Shown piece after piece: positions 58,301-64,000 of a stretch of DNA of 64,000 nt. Every line of letters starts with the position of its first letter. The stretch's first letter is position 1. The notes below the pieces were generated by a model that was given only the letters and a program-made list of their open reading frames with translations, did not search any database and was not told where the DNA came from. Source of the DNA: an uncultured virus (IMG/VR IMGVR_UViG_3300042319_001462) (taxonomy: Duplodnaviria > Heunggongvirae > Uroviricota > Caudoviricetes); IMG/VR virus record IMGVR_UViG_3300042319_001462, positions 1 to 64,000 of that record. The stretch is one strand, 5' to 3'. The position numbers were made by a program, and so were the translations under genes.

Positions 58301-60479
58301 TTGGGTCAATAAATCTAACTGTGTAAATTTTGTTTCGCACTGCCGGATCAATGTCGGCTGCAAAAATTACACGAGTACCATTCAAAAAGTTGTAGCCATC
58401 TACCCCATATCCAGTCTGTCCGTTGACATTGCCAAGTGCGTCGGTGGTTTGAAAGTCAATGATATTAACTGGCTCTTTGGCCTGTGTGCCAGTGTTCCAA
58501 AGGTCAAGATTTGCCCGGAATTCAATGATTGGTCGTTTTGCACGTTGGTCATTATTGACCACTGAAGGTTGATTGTTTCGTTCAGCACTGTAGTTGATAA
58601 CATCAATGTGGAACCAACGGTTGCAACGGCTCCAAGCGTTTCTACTTTGACTAGAGCGGTTCTGTACCAGGTAGTCTGGTACCAACGGTGAATTTAAATT
58701 TGCATCGTATCCGCCGGTATCATACGGAATGCTTGAATATGGAACAAGTTCACTTGTTGTGTATGTTTCAGGCGTGATCATGTCGGACACTGGCACAAGC
58801 CGTATTCCGTTGCCTAATGCCGCACCTGCAACTGAAGCAGTTGGTAACGGTGCACCTTCTGGTGCCCCTGCTCCAAGATTAGCAATGCTTTCATCAACTG
58901 AATCATAAATGTATTGTTGAAAATCAGTTGACGAGGCCAGGCCAGTAATCTTTTGGCCATTGTACACGTGCCAAGGACCAAAATATGCTTGCCCGTCAAC
59001 AAATCCAACTTTGGCAATTGATCCAGGGCCTGTGCCCACTCCTTCAACATAGTATTCTAGATTTTCATATCCAGCAGGACTCGTGACTCCGCGAAATTGT
59101 ACTTTTAATCCATTGGTAAACACTACACCATTTGGGCTGGTATAGTTTTTGGCTCCAATAATTTCGTTGATGTCAATTGGCGCCGACGCATCTGCATCAA
59201 TTAGTCTAATCTGACCAAAAATTTCTGGGTTTACACTATCTTGATAGTACAATGTATCTTGTATGGCCGTCAACAAAGGTTGTTGTTCAAAGTAGCCAGT
59301 GTCGGCTTTGTACCAAACTGTACTGCTGTATTGTGTTCCGTAATCAATGCGAAATTTAGTCAGTGCTGGAACTTCAGCAATGCTACTAAGTTGCATAAAT
59401 GGCTGACCGTCGTTATCGTAGACATAGTTGATTTGCCAAATGCTGTAACGCTGACTTTGTAGTGTTATGTCAGTGGTTTGGTCAAACAAAATTGAATCAT
59501 ATGTACCAAGTGCACCTGTGTCTCCAGTGTTTATTGGATCAAACTGTGTGTTAATTTGCCAGCCACCAGCAGCTGGGTCAGAAATCTGATTTGTAAAAAT
59601 TATTGTTCGACCATCTAACTCAGTGATACCATCAACCCCAGTGGGATTGGCTGCTAGGAATGCCGACACGTATATATTGTTGAGTTGATTGAATTTTAAT
59701 TCTGGCGCAACTAGGTCAACTGGTGCCCGTGTGTTTAGAGCATAATAAAAATCTTGAGCATTTTTTAACGGAACATCAAAGGTGATAGTACCAACATCGT
59801 CGCCGTTGTTGGTTACACCGTATACATCTCTGCTGCTGATATTTGGTGTTTGCGGTAATCGACCATTAATACCAGGCGCGGCTTGAATCCAAAAATTGTA
59901 ACCAAGTTGATTGACATCAAATGTATATGATCCACCACGTGCTAGTGTGATGACTGGATTGTTACCTAGGACTCCAAAGAATTGATATGCTGTGTCTGTT
60001 CGAGTAACTGCAAAATCATCAGTCAACAACACATCACTGGATCCAACATCAACTGATGACGGTCCTGTTGGCAACCAATAATATTGGCTGTAGTTATTGA
60101 ATTTATCAAGGTCGCAGAATGGATCCCACGAATAGTATTCGCTTTCAAACAACCGATCTTGACGTGAGACATCGCCTTTTTGCAAATTCAATGCATCAAT
60201 TATGCCCGGATATGTCATTACATCACGAGCACGTGATGTGTTGGGGTCCAACAATACCACACCGGGCTCAAGCTGATAGTCTGTACGAGTTGCAGTTGGT
60301 TCTGTCAAATATTTGTCAGCAGGATTTACGCCTGGACCAACTCGACGCCCCACGTATCCTTGAGTACGATTAACATTGGGTTCCTGGGTTAATTGGTCTA
60401 GGGTTGCTGCCAAAAACTTGCGGTTCGTACCTGTACGAAAAATCTCTGGTAAAAGATCAACGGTTCTGTGTAATGCCAT
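46335..60479 (-). CDS. giant (4714 aa) baseplate/tail-associated structural protein
   Basis: Uninterrupted ORF coupled to the wedge gene; FG-GAP-like repeats and repeated GDG.T..F beta modules. Confidence 0.85.
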   Translation of the reverse strand: MALHRTVDLLPEIFRTGTNRKFLAATLDQLTQEPNVNRTQGYVGRRVGPGVNPADKYLTEPTATRTDYQLEPGVVLLDPNTSRARDVMTYPGIIDALNLQKGDVSRQDRLFESEYYSWDPFCDLDKFNNYSQYYWLPTGPSSVDVGSSDVLLTDDFAVTRTDTAYQFFGVLGNNPVITLARGGSYTFDVNQLGYNFWIQAAPGINGRLPQTPNISSRDVYGVTNNGDDVGTITFDVPLKNAQDFYYALNTRAPVDLVAPELKFNQLNNIYVSAFLAANPTGVDGITELDGRTIIFTNQISDPAAGGWQINTQFDPINTGDTGALGTYDSILFDQTTDITLQSQRYSIWQINYVYDNDGQPFMQLSSIAEVPALTKFRIDYGTQYSSTVWYKADTGYFEQQPLLTAIQDTLYYQDSVNPEIFGQIRLIDADASAPIDINEIIGAKNYTSPNGVVFTNGLKVQFRGVTSPAGYENLEYYVEGVGTGPGSIAKVGFVDGQAYFGPWHVYNGQKITGLASSTDFQQYIYDSVDESIANLGAGAPEGAPLPTASVAGAALGNGIRLVPVSDMITPETYTTSELVPYSSIPYDTGGYDANLNSPLVPDYLVQNRSSQSRNAWSRCNRWFHIDVINYSAERNNQPSVVNNDQRAKRPIIEFRANLDLWNTGTQAKEPVNIIDFQTTDALGNVNGQTGYGVDGYNFLNGTRVIFAADIDPAVRNKIYTVRFIDPTNSGTLIIDLVPAADGNPLYDQTVVSLNGLNQQGKSFWFNGVTWQLAQQKTKVNQAPLFDVYDINGFSFGDRAVYPSTTFTGSRLFGYTDGGQSVTDVVLGFPLKFLNINNVGDILFSNYLYTDTFIYVRDKTSTTQAISTGFVRQYIDRTSFSSQLGWQPAAAKNRSRQVFRFTYDATPLILDVPVDTSSVYPPVQVFADGVFVDTTKYSTTVSDTSTTITFNVTIPVNTIIELQVISNYASKIGFYQVPLNLENNAPNGNSPQFTLGTIRTHYDSIGQNLRGLVGVINGANNSRDLGDIIPYGTNIVQHSSPLVLPGVYLRDPQYELFNSLTFSNQEYSKYKARLTDLAGQGDFINSTPTQVLDSVLSEMTLGKTEMFPFYWSDMIPGGETYTEINYTYSQVSTDVFGINKVYDFTQSNFQSVLVYLNGTILTRGYDYTVSTNSATITISAPLAIGDLITIREYDTTYGSFIPNTPTKMGLYPAYRPEIYLDETYVEPTLVIRGHDGSITIAFGDYRDNVLLEFETRIFNNLKIVTPVPLDADDVIPGQFRTTDYSLTEINSILLPDFLSWVGWNKLDYTSQNYLPNNPFTYNYSQSGNRLTAQPLLGAWRGIYEYFYDTITPNTTPWEMLGFSQEPYWWEDAYGPAPYTSGNLVLWRDLERGYIADPLSPRIDPRYARPGLTTVIPAGTEGALLDPLQSTVGNYDATSFRRSWTFGDDGPVENAWRTSSAWPFAVMRLLALTKPAEFFSLFADRDRYVYNTGIEQYLWDNRYRLEASNLTPLYGNGVSKASYNNWIIDYNQQRGVDSSSLLSRTLANVDVRLCWRTAAFTDKNYLKIYSERSTPTGTNNSLLLPDESYQVLLYQNQPFEQVTYSGVIVQRTDTGWAVFGYNSVASYFEIAVSKPTGQFVVVSAGGSQERVSIEYSNTVAQIPYGFVFTSQAAVCDFLYSYGKLLADRGMTFEGIENGYIMNWPQMAQEFLYWSNQGWTSGSIINLNPAATSISVLRPGAVVESIQPPRLDSIVLNQNRTAISPSELVIDRFENTFKISTTTSSFINFLNLRFTAYEHMVVLDNRSIFADLIYDPVTGARQSRVLVSGWLTGDWNGTVNAPGFVLNQDNIQEWQPNSKYTKGDIVLFKDQYWSASTIIRPSAEFDFSLWIKSDYGQIQKGLLPNSANASDQLARSYSVYDANLETEVDIFSYGLIGFRPRQYMQSLNLDDVSQVNLYQQFLGTKGTVRATNLFSLANLGKEIAEYSIYEYWAMLRSTYGANANRSFVEFLLNEAKLTSDPSLIQLVEPQQTSQADQTVLLKDIWKSSYKITSTNILPTTNTTVTDVGLPTAGYVSLDDVDITTFDLIDLTSIIEQYYSIGVGTTIWTARVNTYDWGVYRVVQVPGQILRIEDNLDNASQVTFGAAHGLSVDDVLVIKNFSSSVNGVYRVLAVTGIYTVIIDYVFSTFDRFQIGNGLGLTLETNRVAQPSDIPQLSYADQLLPGVKVWVDNNGNGNWTVLEKTEPFTVDPTLTATTPVAYSQFGASVAQGLENLSALIGAPGYNPTDQATAPGAVYTFVRTDQDRYEQNNILLLKATDATGYGNEIDVGAQSWAVAGASTSNTNRGYVTTIFVEPGSNVFEQRQLLVAPDGDEAVQGLFGSSVTMSQDERWMYIGAPDDNAVYAFTRVDVQSQSVTYIGDGITTSFNWSDSLVIDSNYPDQLAVVLNNVLLTNSTDYTVTASTVELNSTPTVGQRIVITRRQLTQLDQQTYTGVAPSSTSGAGLGAEFTVNRVRGVYTVTLESPGQGYAVNDTITINASVVGGGTSPANNITITVDAVTNVLSGEISEISYTGSGVSNTSVFALNQTLATATSLHSFTVRVGDMLYRPNIDYTFDPVTTQLTFVTIPVPGATILVDSSSHFDFVEKLTVPGIDADAQFGKSVSATTTGSQVMIGSPDSDANEEGLVYVFDRSLEKFTVTDATQTEYTTLNSMLTPGFVAVSVNGVYLLQTGLNIGGTYSVDTGTKTVTITSPLAVGDIIQIETNQFSLLQTIQSNNPVAAARFGLKVDQCVNDCSLYISSPYDSAILSQAGKVEVYRNQARLYGTISTTVANPVLTEDDYIRIDDYFVKCTGTTIADLILDINTAGIPNVIAMPTEDLVLQGDGTTRVFDIGTTYTDASSYTTVVYIEDVLQTYGSDYTYDNTVQQITFTIPPYNTADITVVSGRMMLNVKNIQSTQRFNRMSVLPGSGTLFNDLGLTVYSWAQEIVSPVPQTQANFGLGLFISDDTQTLIVGAPNGNMIAPTTFDAGNTYFDSYSTPFADPVQQSGAVYEYDLLTAVDESITNPAKFVFGQQFVNSSLQPLDNFGAAIDYTTGVMLIGAPGSDLGDSSLSNFGQVLQYHNPNLLPAWIPVRVQQPVVDVNLLNTIFMYDRVSSSPQEYFDFFDPLQGRLLGVVRQNIDFIGAVDPATYNTGSVNNFGQQWGQSRVGQVWWNTSNVRFIDPHQNDIVYASRRWGQIFPGSKVEMYQWIVSPLPPAEYVGPGTPYSITSYDVTTSVNLQGFIETQYYFWVTGIAETATVAGKTLSINTLTNYIENPRSSGISYLAPIDASTVAIYNGLQYISAQDTVLYIEYDQQATDAAVHVEYQLIAQDRPDAFLDASLYRKFLDSMTGSDSAGNAVPDPLLSPSEQYGIEYRPRQSMFVNRFLALKNYIQQTNAVLALYPITEIRSFNLLNSAEPEPAATTGAWDKRVSNIEELGYQDLLEVPIGYRYLVVSDSTNSGFWTIYQVVAGILPGERNLSLARVQNYDTKIYWSRIDWFKANYNPLTRILLEVPNVSSLDTITVPTGSAVKVTANAQNLWEIYVYTGTSWERVALQRGTIEISPALWDYNLGRFGFDSEVFDAQYYDEAPITETRKILEAINQELFIGELLIERNRLLMLMFNYILSEQQAPNWLTKTSLIDVDHTIRNLVPYQVYRQDNQNFVLDYINEVKPYHVQIREFNLKYQGFDQYLGSVTDFDLPAYWDAAEQLFVSPVLDNTGNLSTTSSRPSTDPVWTTFPWNQWYQNYLLSIENVGIVSGGTGYITQPTVTVTGDCITPATMTAQINSAGQVVAINVVSAGEGYSTTAIITITGGGGSGASAVAYMGNSRVRSLTTTMRYDRYQYTPTVVPWQSGVIYTEGTMVRYADRVWSANAQVQTTTFDPTDWTVVPAGDLTGVDRTMGYYAPTPDQPGLDLALLISGIDYPGVQVMGPGFDQNTGFDVGNFDINPFDNISYDAEGIPTYDPAILDAAYSSSFLDPYLGTLPTDINVDGGAFVDTYESHAPEELVPGITYDTLDMRVYTTPGADWIGDGHGWPEKDRNYIFDGSSLSFVGLLNNAIALNVYNLTTGVDLALGTDYTVNWVNSTVTIISANASLGDVLTIAAYSLGGGNQLFTQTYLGSDIGSTVVIPMTYSLIDSLVVFVNGVQVSNFTSSADSTVNTLITFSSAFTSTDSVTITALGAEVGGTWSLPVTQYIYSTGALTYTLTNSMMGTNPVNVVVNKNGTRARPAEGIDYVGDGVTVYYDLPTTGGYSLNLVADNDVAVYVNNVAQVLGVDFTVDPADDSTQRAIEFATPPANLSNILISVRTKAQYWVVGNQITFQPSQGLIPVVGDVISVTSWNDTTQQQLLTQVFVGPNESGLVITEGYSDTLYDTGNTTGEPGSYDYQSGTLIQNNQFDTGRLILKPERLIVTLDGRYLSSGRDFVVDGSLVILNNPVIGASQVVVITSMTNQVVPEAMAFRIFQDMRGLQRTYRITPATTTQVAVALSASDDIIYVSDVTALPEPNLPLGIFGYITIDGERITYRNRDTANNTVSGLRRGTAGTAAAPHAVGAAVYDIGSGNLLISEYQNYIVNENFLGDGTTTVFETESISVSGLDSTEILEAVEVRIGGTLQSSGYSIINSNPVTVEFDQAPESGYQVSISLLRGKSWYQLGAGTASDGVPLQDTDTYAARFLRGE

Positions 60480-63400
60480 TAGTAGTTACTCCCACCATTA
60501 GTGAGTGGTGTTGTTCCAGTTTGTCCAATCGTGATGCCAGGCGCACCAATTGAGGTTACTGGATATAATCCTGATACCGAAGTTTGACTTCGGATATTGC
60601 TTTGTGTTAGTGCCGAAATTACCTCGATGTCGCTGACAGTTGCCGCGCTTACAAAAATTTCATTTGGTGCTGATCGTATTTCATACAAGTCACCAAAACT
60701 TTTTAGAGGGTTGAGTGGCACCAACACAACTGAACTGATTATGGATCCTAGTTGTCTGTGCAGATAAGCAGCCAATTCTGAGAAATAAAAACTATCACCA
60801 AAATCCCATTTGTCAATAGTAAAATATTCATTAATCTTGGCAACAACTTGACTCTTGATTTCGCTGTCACTTGCAACTGTGTTCAAAGCCTTGACCACTT
60901 TGATAATGCCCTGTAGTTGCAAGGGTGCTTTGGCTCCAAACAATGGTTTAAACGTTACTGAATTAAAAACAATGTTGTCTGAAATCATTTTGTAGTCATC
61001 AAGAGTTGAATATGCTGTAGTTAGCTGTGCTATATCTGGTGGTGCTGGTTGTGGCACTGTGCCAGTGGTGTCAGTAATGTAATTTTGATACGCTGTGTAG
61101 TAGCTTTGAGTCACCAAGTACATATCAATAATGTTGGTGGTGCCTGGATCAATTATGTTTGTTAGTGCACTGTTGTGACGATATTGGAACGACAGAGCAC
61201 CGCGTCCTACCCGAGCTATGTAAGAACTCAACTCAACTAGTGTTCGTTGTTGTATTCCATTCACAAACAAAACTTCAAGTTGATAAAACTTGTCTGTGGA
61301 TGTGGTGTAAAATACTTGTCCATTTACATACTCGCTCTTGACCAATTCAACATCATCGAGAGTAGCGTACCTGCTGATCACCACTCCTGGTTCTACTGGC
61401 AAGTATCTTTCAAGATCATCAAAATCTACTGTCTGACGGAAAAATACCAGTTTAGTTGATGGATCAACTGATGGTTCAACTATGGTATCAAAGAAGTCAG
61501 GATCATCTGCTATACCATCGCCATCGCTGTCCACATAACTGATGTCAACTTCGTAATCGTTAACATATCCATCGCTTTGAATGGGTTGCCCAATGATGTC
61601 CATGACAATATCAGATGGCAAAGGCTCGTTTGTGTCAGGCTTGGAATTTATTTTCAACACCTTGATATAGTCATTGATCACTGAACCAGTTGTGCTGTCA
61701 TACACTAGGCCGTTGCCATCATAGTAAAATCGAGTTTGCAACACGCTGGCAAATTTATAGTCTAGACCACGAGAGGTGACCACATAGCCTTGGCCATTTG
61801 TGGTAAACTGAATCAGCCAACTTGCATCAAGATTTAACCCTTGGGTGTTTTGTGCGTAACTCAAACTAAATGGCGATGTGGATGCTAAATTGGTACTACT
61901 AATTAGATACCAAGTGCCGTTTAGGTTATCAAATCCAATGCCGAAATTACGGAATAGTTCAATTTGTTGAATCATGCTTTGTTGCAAGGTCAACGGCAGT
62001 TGATTGATAAATCTTGGAATTACAACCTGCGCAAGTGCGCCAGTTGGTACAAAATTGTTAAGAGTTACTGGACCCACACCGTTGGGCAAATTGCCCAGGC
62101 CTTGCGCAGTGCCATCAACCACTACTGAAGTAACTGATGCCCAGATTGTTAATTTCTCGTCAGCGCGAGTGGGTGTGCCAGTTTGCAACCGATTGTTGGC
62201 ATCAAAAAATTGACCCGTTGGAGCTCTAAATTGTACCAAGCTGCCAACTGTTATGTATTTGGCATTGTTGTTTGTGTACTGACCAAGTGGTAACGGTGTT
62301 TTCTGCGGACCATAGTAAAAATAGCCGCTGGTTTCATTAACTAGGCTTGTGGATTGATTCCATCCTGCGCCGATTACAGTCAGTGGCGGACGAGGAAAAT
62401 TTTCATAATAAAATTGCAACAAGCTACGGCCTGCCACAACTGGGTAAACTGATCTACTCAATACATCAACAATGTCATTACGATTGAACCAACTAAACTC
62501 AAAACTAGGCAAAACATTTTCGCGATAAATTACACCATCGCTGGCAAAGATATTGGTACTAGAATATTTGCCAGTGACATCAGTGAGATCAATATATCTT
62601 GAAGAGCCAATGCTGCTACGTACAACAGATTTGCTCTTGATGATTGAGTTAAATTCAGTGAACGGGAAGTTGTTATAATCTTCGCCGTTGACCATGCGGT
62701 TCTGTGTGTAGTAACGTGCAGGGGCACGTTGTTTGATCTCTGCTAGAGATTCTCTAGCTTGGGCATTTGTCACCGGTGTGGTTATACCACATGTGAATGT
62801 AATTGTTTCCAATCGTCCTTGACGGCTAATATAGCTAATGGGCACAACTATGTTCTGCATTTCTTCTGGATTGATAATGTATTCAAGTCCATTACTTGCA
62901 CGAACATAAGTTCTAAAAGTTCCCACTGGGATGCTGGAGAATACGCCGTCACCAAATGTCAGCGTAATTTGATCGTTGACTCTGCTGGTAATAGAATACA
63001 ATGTTCGCTGGTCAGGAGCCAACTGCTCAACTGCTCCAGCAAAAATATTGTTAACAAATGTCCATTCAGAGGCAACACTACCCACATCATCTAGTTTGTA
63101 TAACCAATGATCTTGTTCGTTACAACCTTCAATATTGATAGCAACTGTTCGATTGGGAATTGCTTCAGCTAAGTTAAAATCTTGATTCTGCAACACTCCT
63201 TGTTTGAACAAGAAAAAGAATCCAGTGTTGTTACTGCCAAAACCCAGGCCATCATTTCGATACAATATGTTAAATGCACCATTTGGTTGTGGTGGTGGCT
63301 CATAGACATAAGCTTTACCAATGCTGGTTGCACTGGTAACCTCAAACGGCATGTTGACACCATCCACTACTGCGGTGTACGGAACCACTGGTAGATAGCC

Positions 63401-63979
63401 CGGAACTAAATTAACAGTATATTCATCGGTGCCAACGCCAAGGATTGTTTGTTTATTGCCCGGGCGACCAAATTTTTGGCTTGCGAGCAGCGACGAGTTA
63501 ACAATAGTTGTAAATTGTTCTAGCCAGTTGGGGTTGGTTGGATCATTCCAGTCAATAGTTACATTGGCCAAGTTAATGCCATTGTAATCAACCACACTTT
63601 CAGTTGTGCTAACTGAAAATACCTTTAGATATCCCTGAGACGAGGTGTTACGCTTGGGTGTGTAACTGACCAAATTGGCCAGGCGCACAACTGAATCTCT
63701 TCGTTCAGCGGTGTCTAGGAAGTTTTCACGGGTATTGAGATCATTGCGGAATGCCAGTGCCTGTCCCATAAACGCCATGACATCAAGCAATGCAATAAAC
63801 TCGCTTGACTCAATGTAGTCGTTAAATGTTTCAGGGTAGTAAAGACGCAGGTAGTCAACAAAGCTCTTGCGTAATGTCTCAAAATCGTAGGATTGGAAGT
63901 CGGCTTCTCTATAAGTTTGATAGAGTCTCTTCCAGTCTTCTACACCAAATATTGCGGTTTGTCGTGTTGTCTTGGCCAT
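60479..63979 (-). CDS. baseplate wedge subunit (T4 gp6-like)
   Basis: DFETLR, ENFLDTAERRDSV..LA....Y.P, FGDG, E....IK..AP..Y..QNRMV..EDY. Confidence 0.85.
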   Translation of the reverse strand: MAKTTRQTAIFGVEDWKRLYQTYREADFQSYDFETLRKSFVDYLRLYYPETFNDYIESSEFIALLDVMAFMGQALAFRNDLNTRENFLDTAERRDSVVRLANLVSYTPKRNTSSQGYLKVFSVSTTESVVDYNGINLANVTIDWNDPTNPNWLEQFTTIVNSSLLASQKFGRPGNKQTILGVGTDEYTVNLVPGYLPVVPYTAVVDGVNMPFEVTSATSIGKAYVYEPPPQPNGAFNILYRNDGLGFGSNNTGFFFLFKQGVLQNQDFNLAEAIPNRTVAINIEGCNEQDHWLYKLDDVGSVASEWTFVNNIFAGAVEQLAPDQRTLYSITSRVNDQITLTFGDGVFSSIPVGTFRTYVRASNGLEYIINPEEMQNIVVPISYISRQGRLETITFTCGITTPVTNAQARESLAEIKQRAPARYYTQNRMVNGEDYNNFPFTEFNSIIKSKSVVRSSIGSSRYIDLTDVTGKYSSTNIFASDGVIYRENVLPSFEFSWFNRNDIVDVLSRSVYPVVAGRSLLQFYYENFPRPPLTVIGAGWNQSTSLVNETSGYFYYGPQKTPLPLGQYTNNNAKYITVGSLVQFRAPTGQFFDANNRLQTGTPTRADEKLTIWASVTSVVVDGTAQGLGNLPNGVGPVTLNNFVPTGALAQVVIPRFINQLPLTLQQSMIQQIELFRNFGIGFDNLNGTWYLISSTNLASTSPFSLSYAQNTQGLNLDASWLIQFTTNGQGYVVTSRGLDYKFASVLQTRFYYDGNGLVYDSTTGSVINDYIKVLKINSKPDTNEPLPSDIVMDIIGQPIQSDGYVNDYEVDISYVDSDGDGIADDPDFFDTIVEPSVDPSTKLVFFRQTVDFDDLERYLPVEPGVVISRYATLDDVELVKSEYVNGQVFYTTSTDKFYQLEVLFVNGIQQRTLVELSSYIARVGRGALSFQYRHNSALTNIIDPGTTNIIDMYLVTQSYYTAYQNYITDTTGTVPQPAPPDIAQLTTAYSTLDDYKMISDNIVFNSVTFKPLFGAKAPLQLQGIIKVVKALNTVASDSEIKSQVVAKINEYFTIDKWDFGDSFYFSELAAYLHRQLGSIISSVVLVPLNPLKSFGDLYEIRSAPNEIFVSAATVSDIEVISALTQSNIRSQTSVSGLYPVTSIGAPGITIGQTGTTPLTNGGSNY

Positions 63980-64000
63980 AGTATCTCGTTGTTTGAGTAT

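Noticed and set aside
46335..63979. Inteins, introns or genuine antisense ORFs in the giant structural genes
   Set aside because: No intein splice or LAGLIDADG motifs were noticed; the nested short ORFs look like shadow frames
1..64000. Stop-codon reassignment or suppressor tRNA
   Set aside because: No CUA, UUA or UCA anticodon was found; long genes are intact in the standard code and TAG, TGA and TAA all end genes
1..64000. CRISPR array, rRNA, transposase or integrase
   Set aside because: No regularly spaced direct repeats, rRNA-like sequence or recombinase motifs were seen

Overview
This 64-kb window reads as part of a large (jumbo) T4-superfamily-like tailed dsDNA phage genome in the standard genetic code. 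The host is probably a proteobacterium, judged from the sigma70-type promoters, rpoZ and the tmRNA tag ANDSQFALAA. (1) 1-9.1 kb: a dense + strand array of 29 complete CCA-encoding tRNA genes plus one partial. It has tandem sigma70 promoters with an rrn-like boxB/boxA leader, at least 7 unexplained structured RNA cassettes closed by long terminal stems between tRNAs, and several inserted ORFs. Many of the tRNAs show compensatory swaps of near-universal tertiary pairs (A54:U58, A8:U14). (2) 9.1-23 kb: accessory and early genes: 2OG-Fe(II)-like oxygenase, RNase H-like protein, B12-type radical SAM, rpoZ, a circularly permuted two-piece tmRNA, a TauD/acetyltransferase/ACP trio, a MoxR-like AAA plus VWA metallopeptidase pair, thyX, an NDP-sugar epimerase and a DegT aminotransferase. 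(3) 23-43 kb: a glycosylation/tailoring locus with about 7 glycosyltransferase-like genes, 5 clustered radical SAM enzymes, a carbamoyltransferase and an amidinotransferase. (4) 43-64 kb: - strand tail fibre and baseplate genes, including a 4714-aa protein and a gp6-like wedge. All calls come from reading the sequence and recognising motifs; no searches or folding programs were run.
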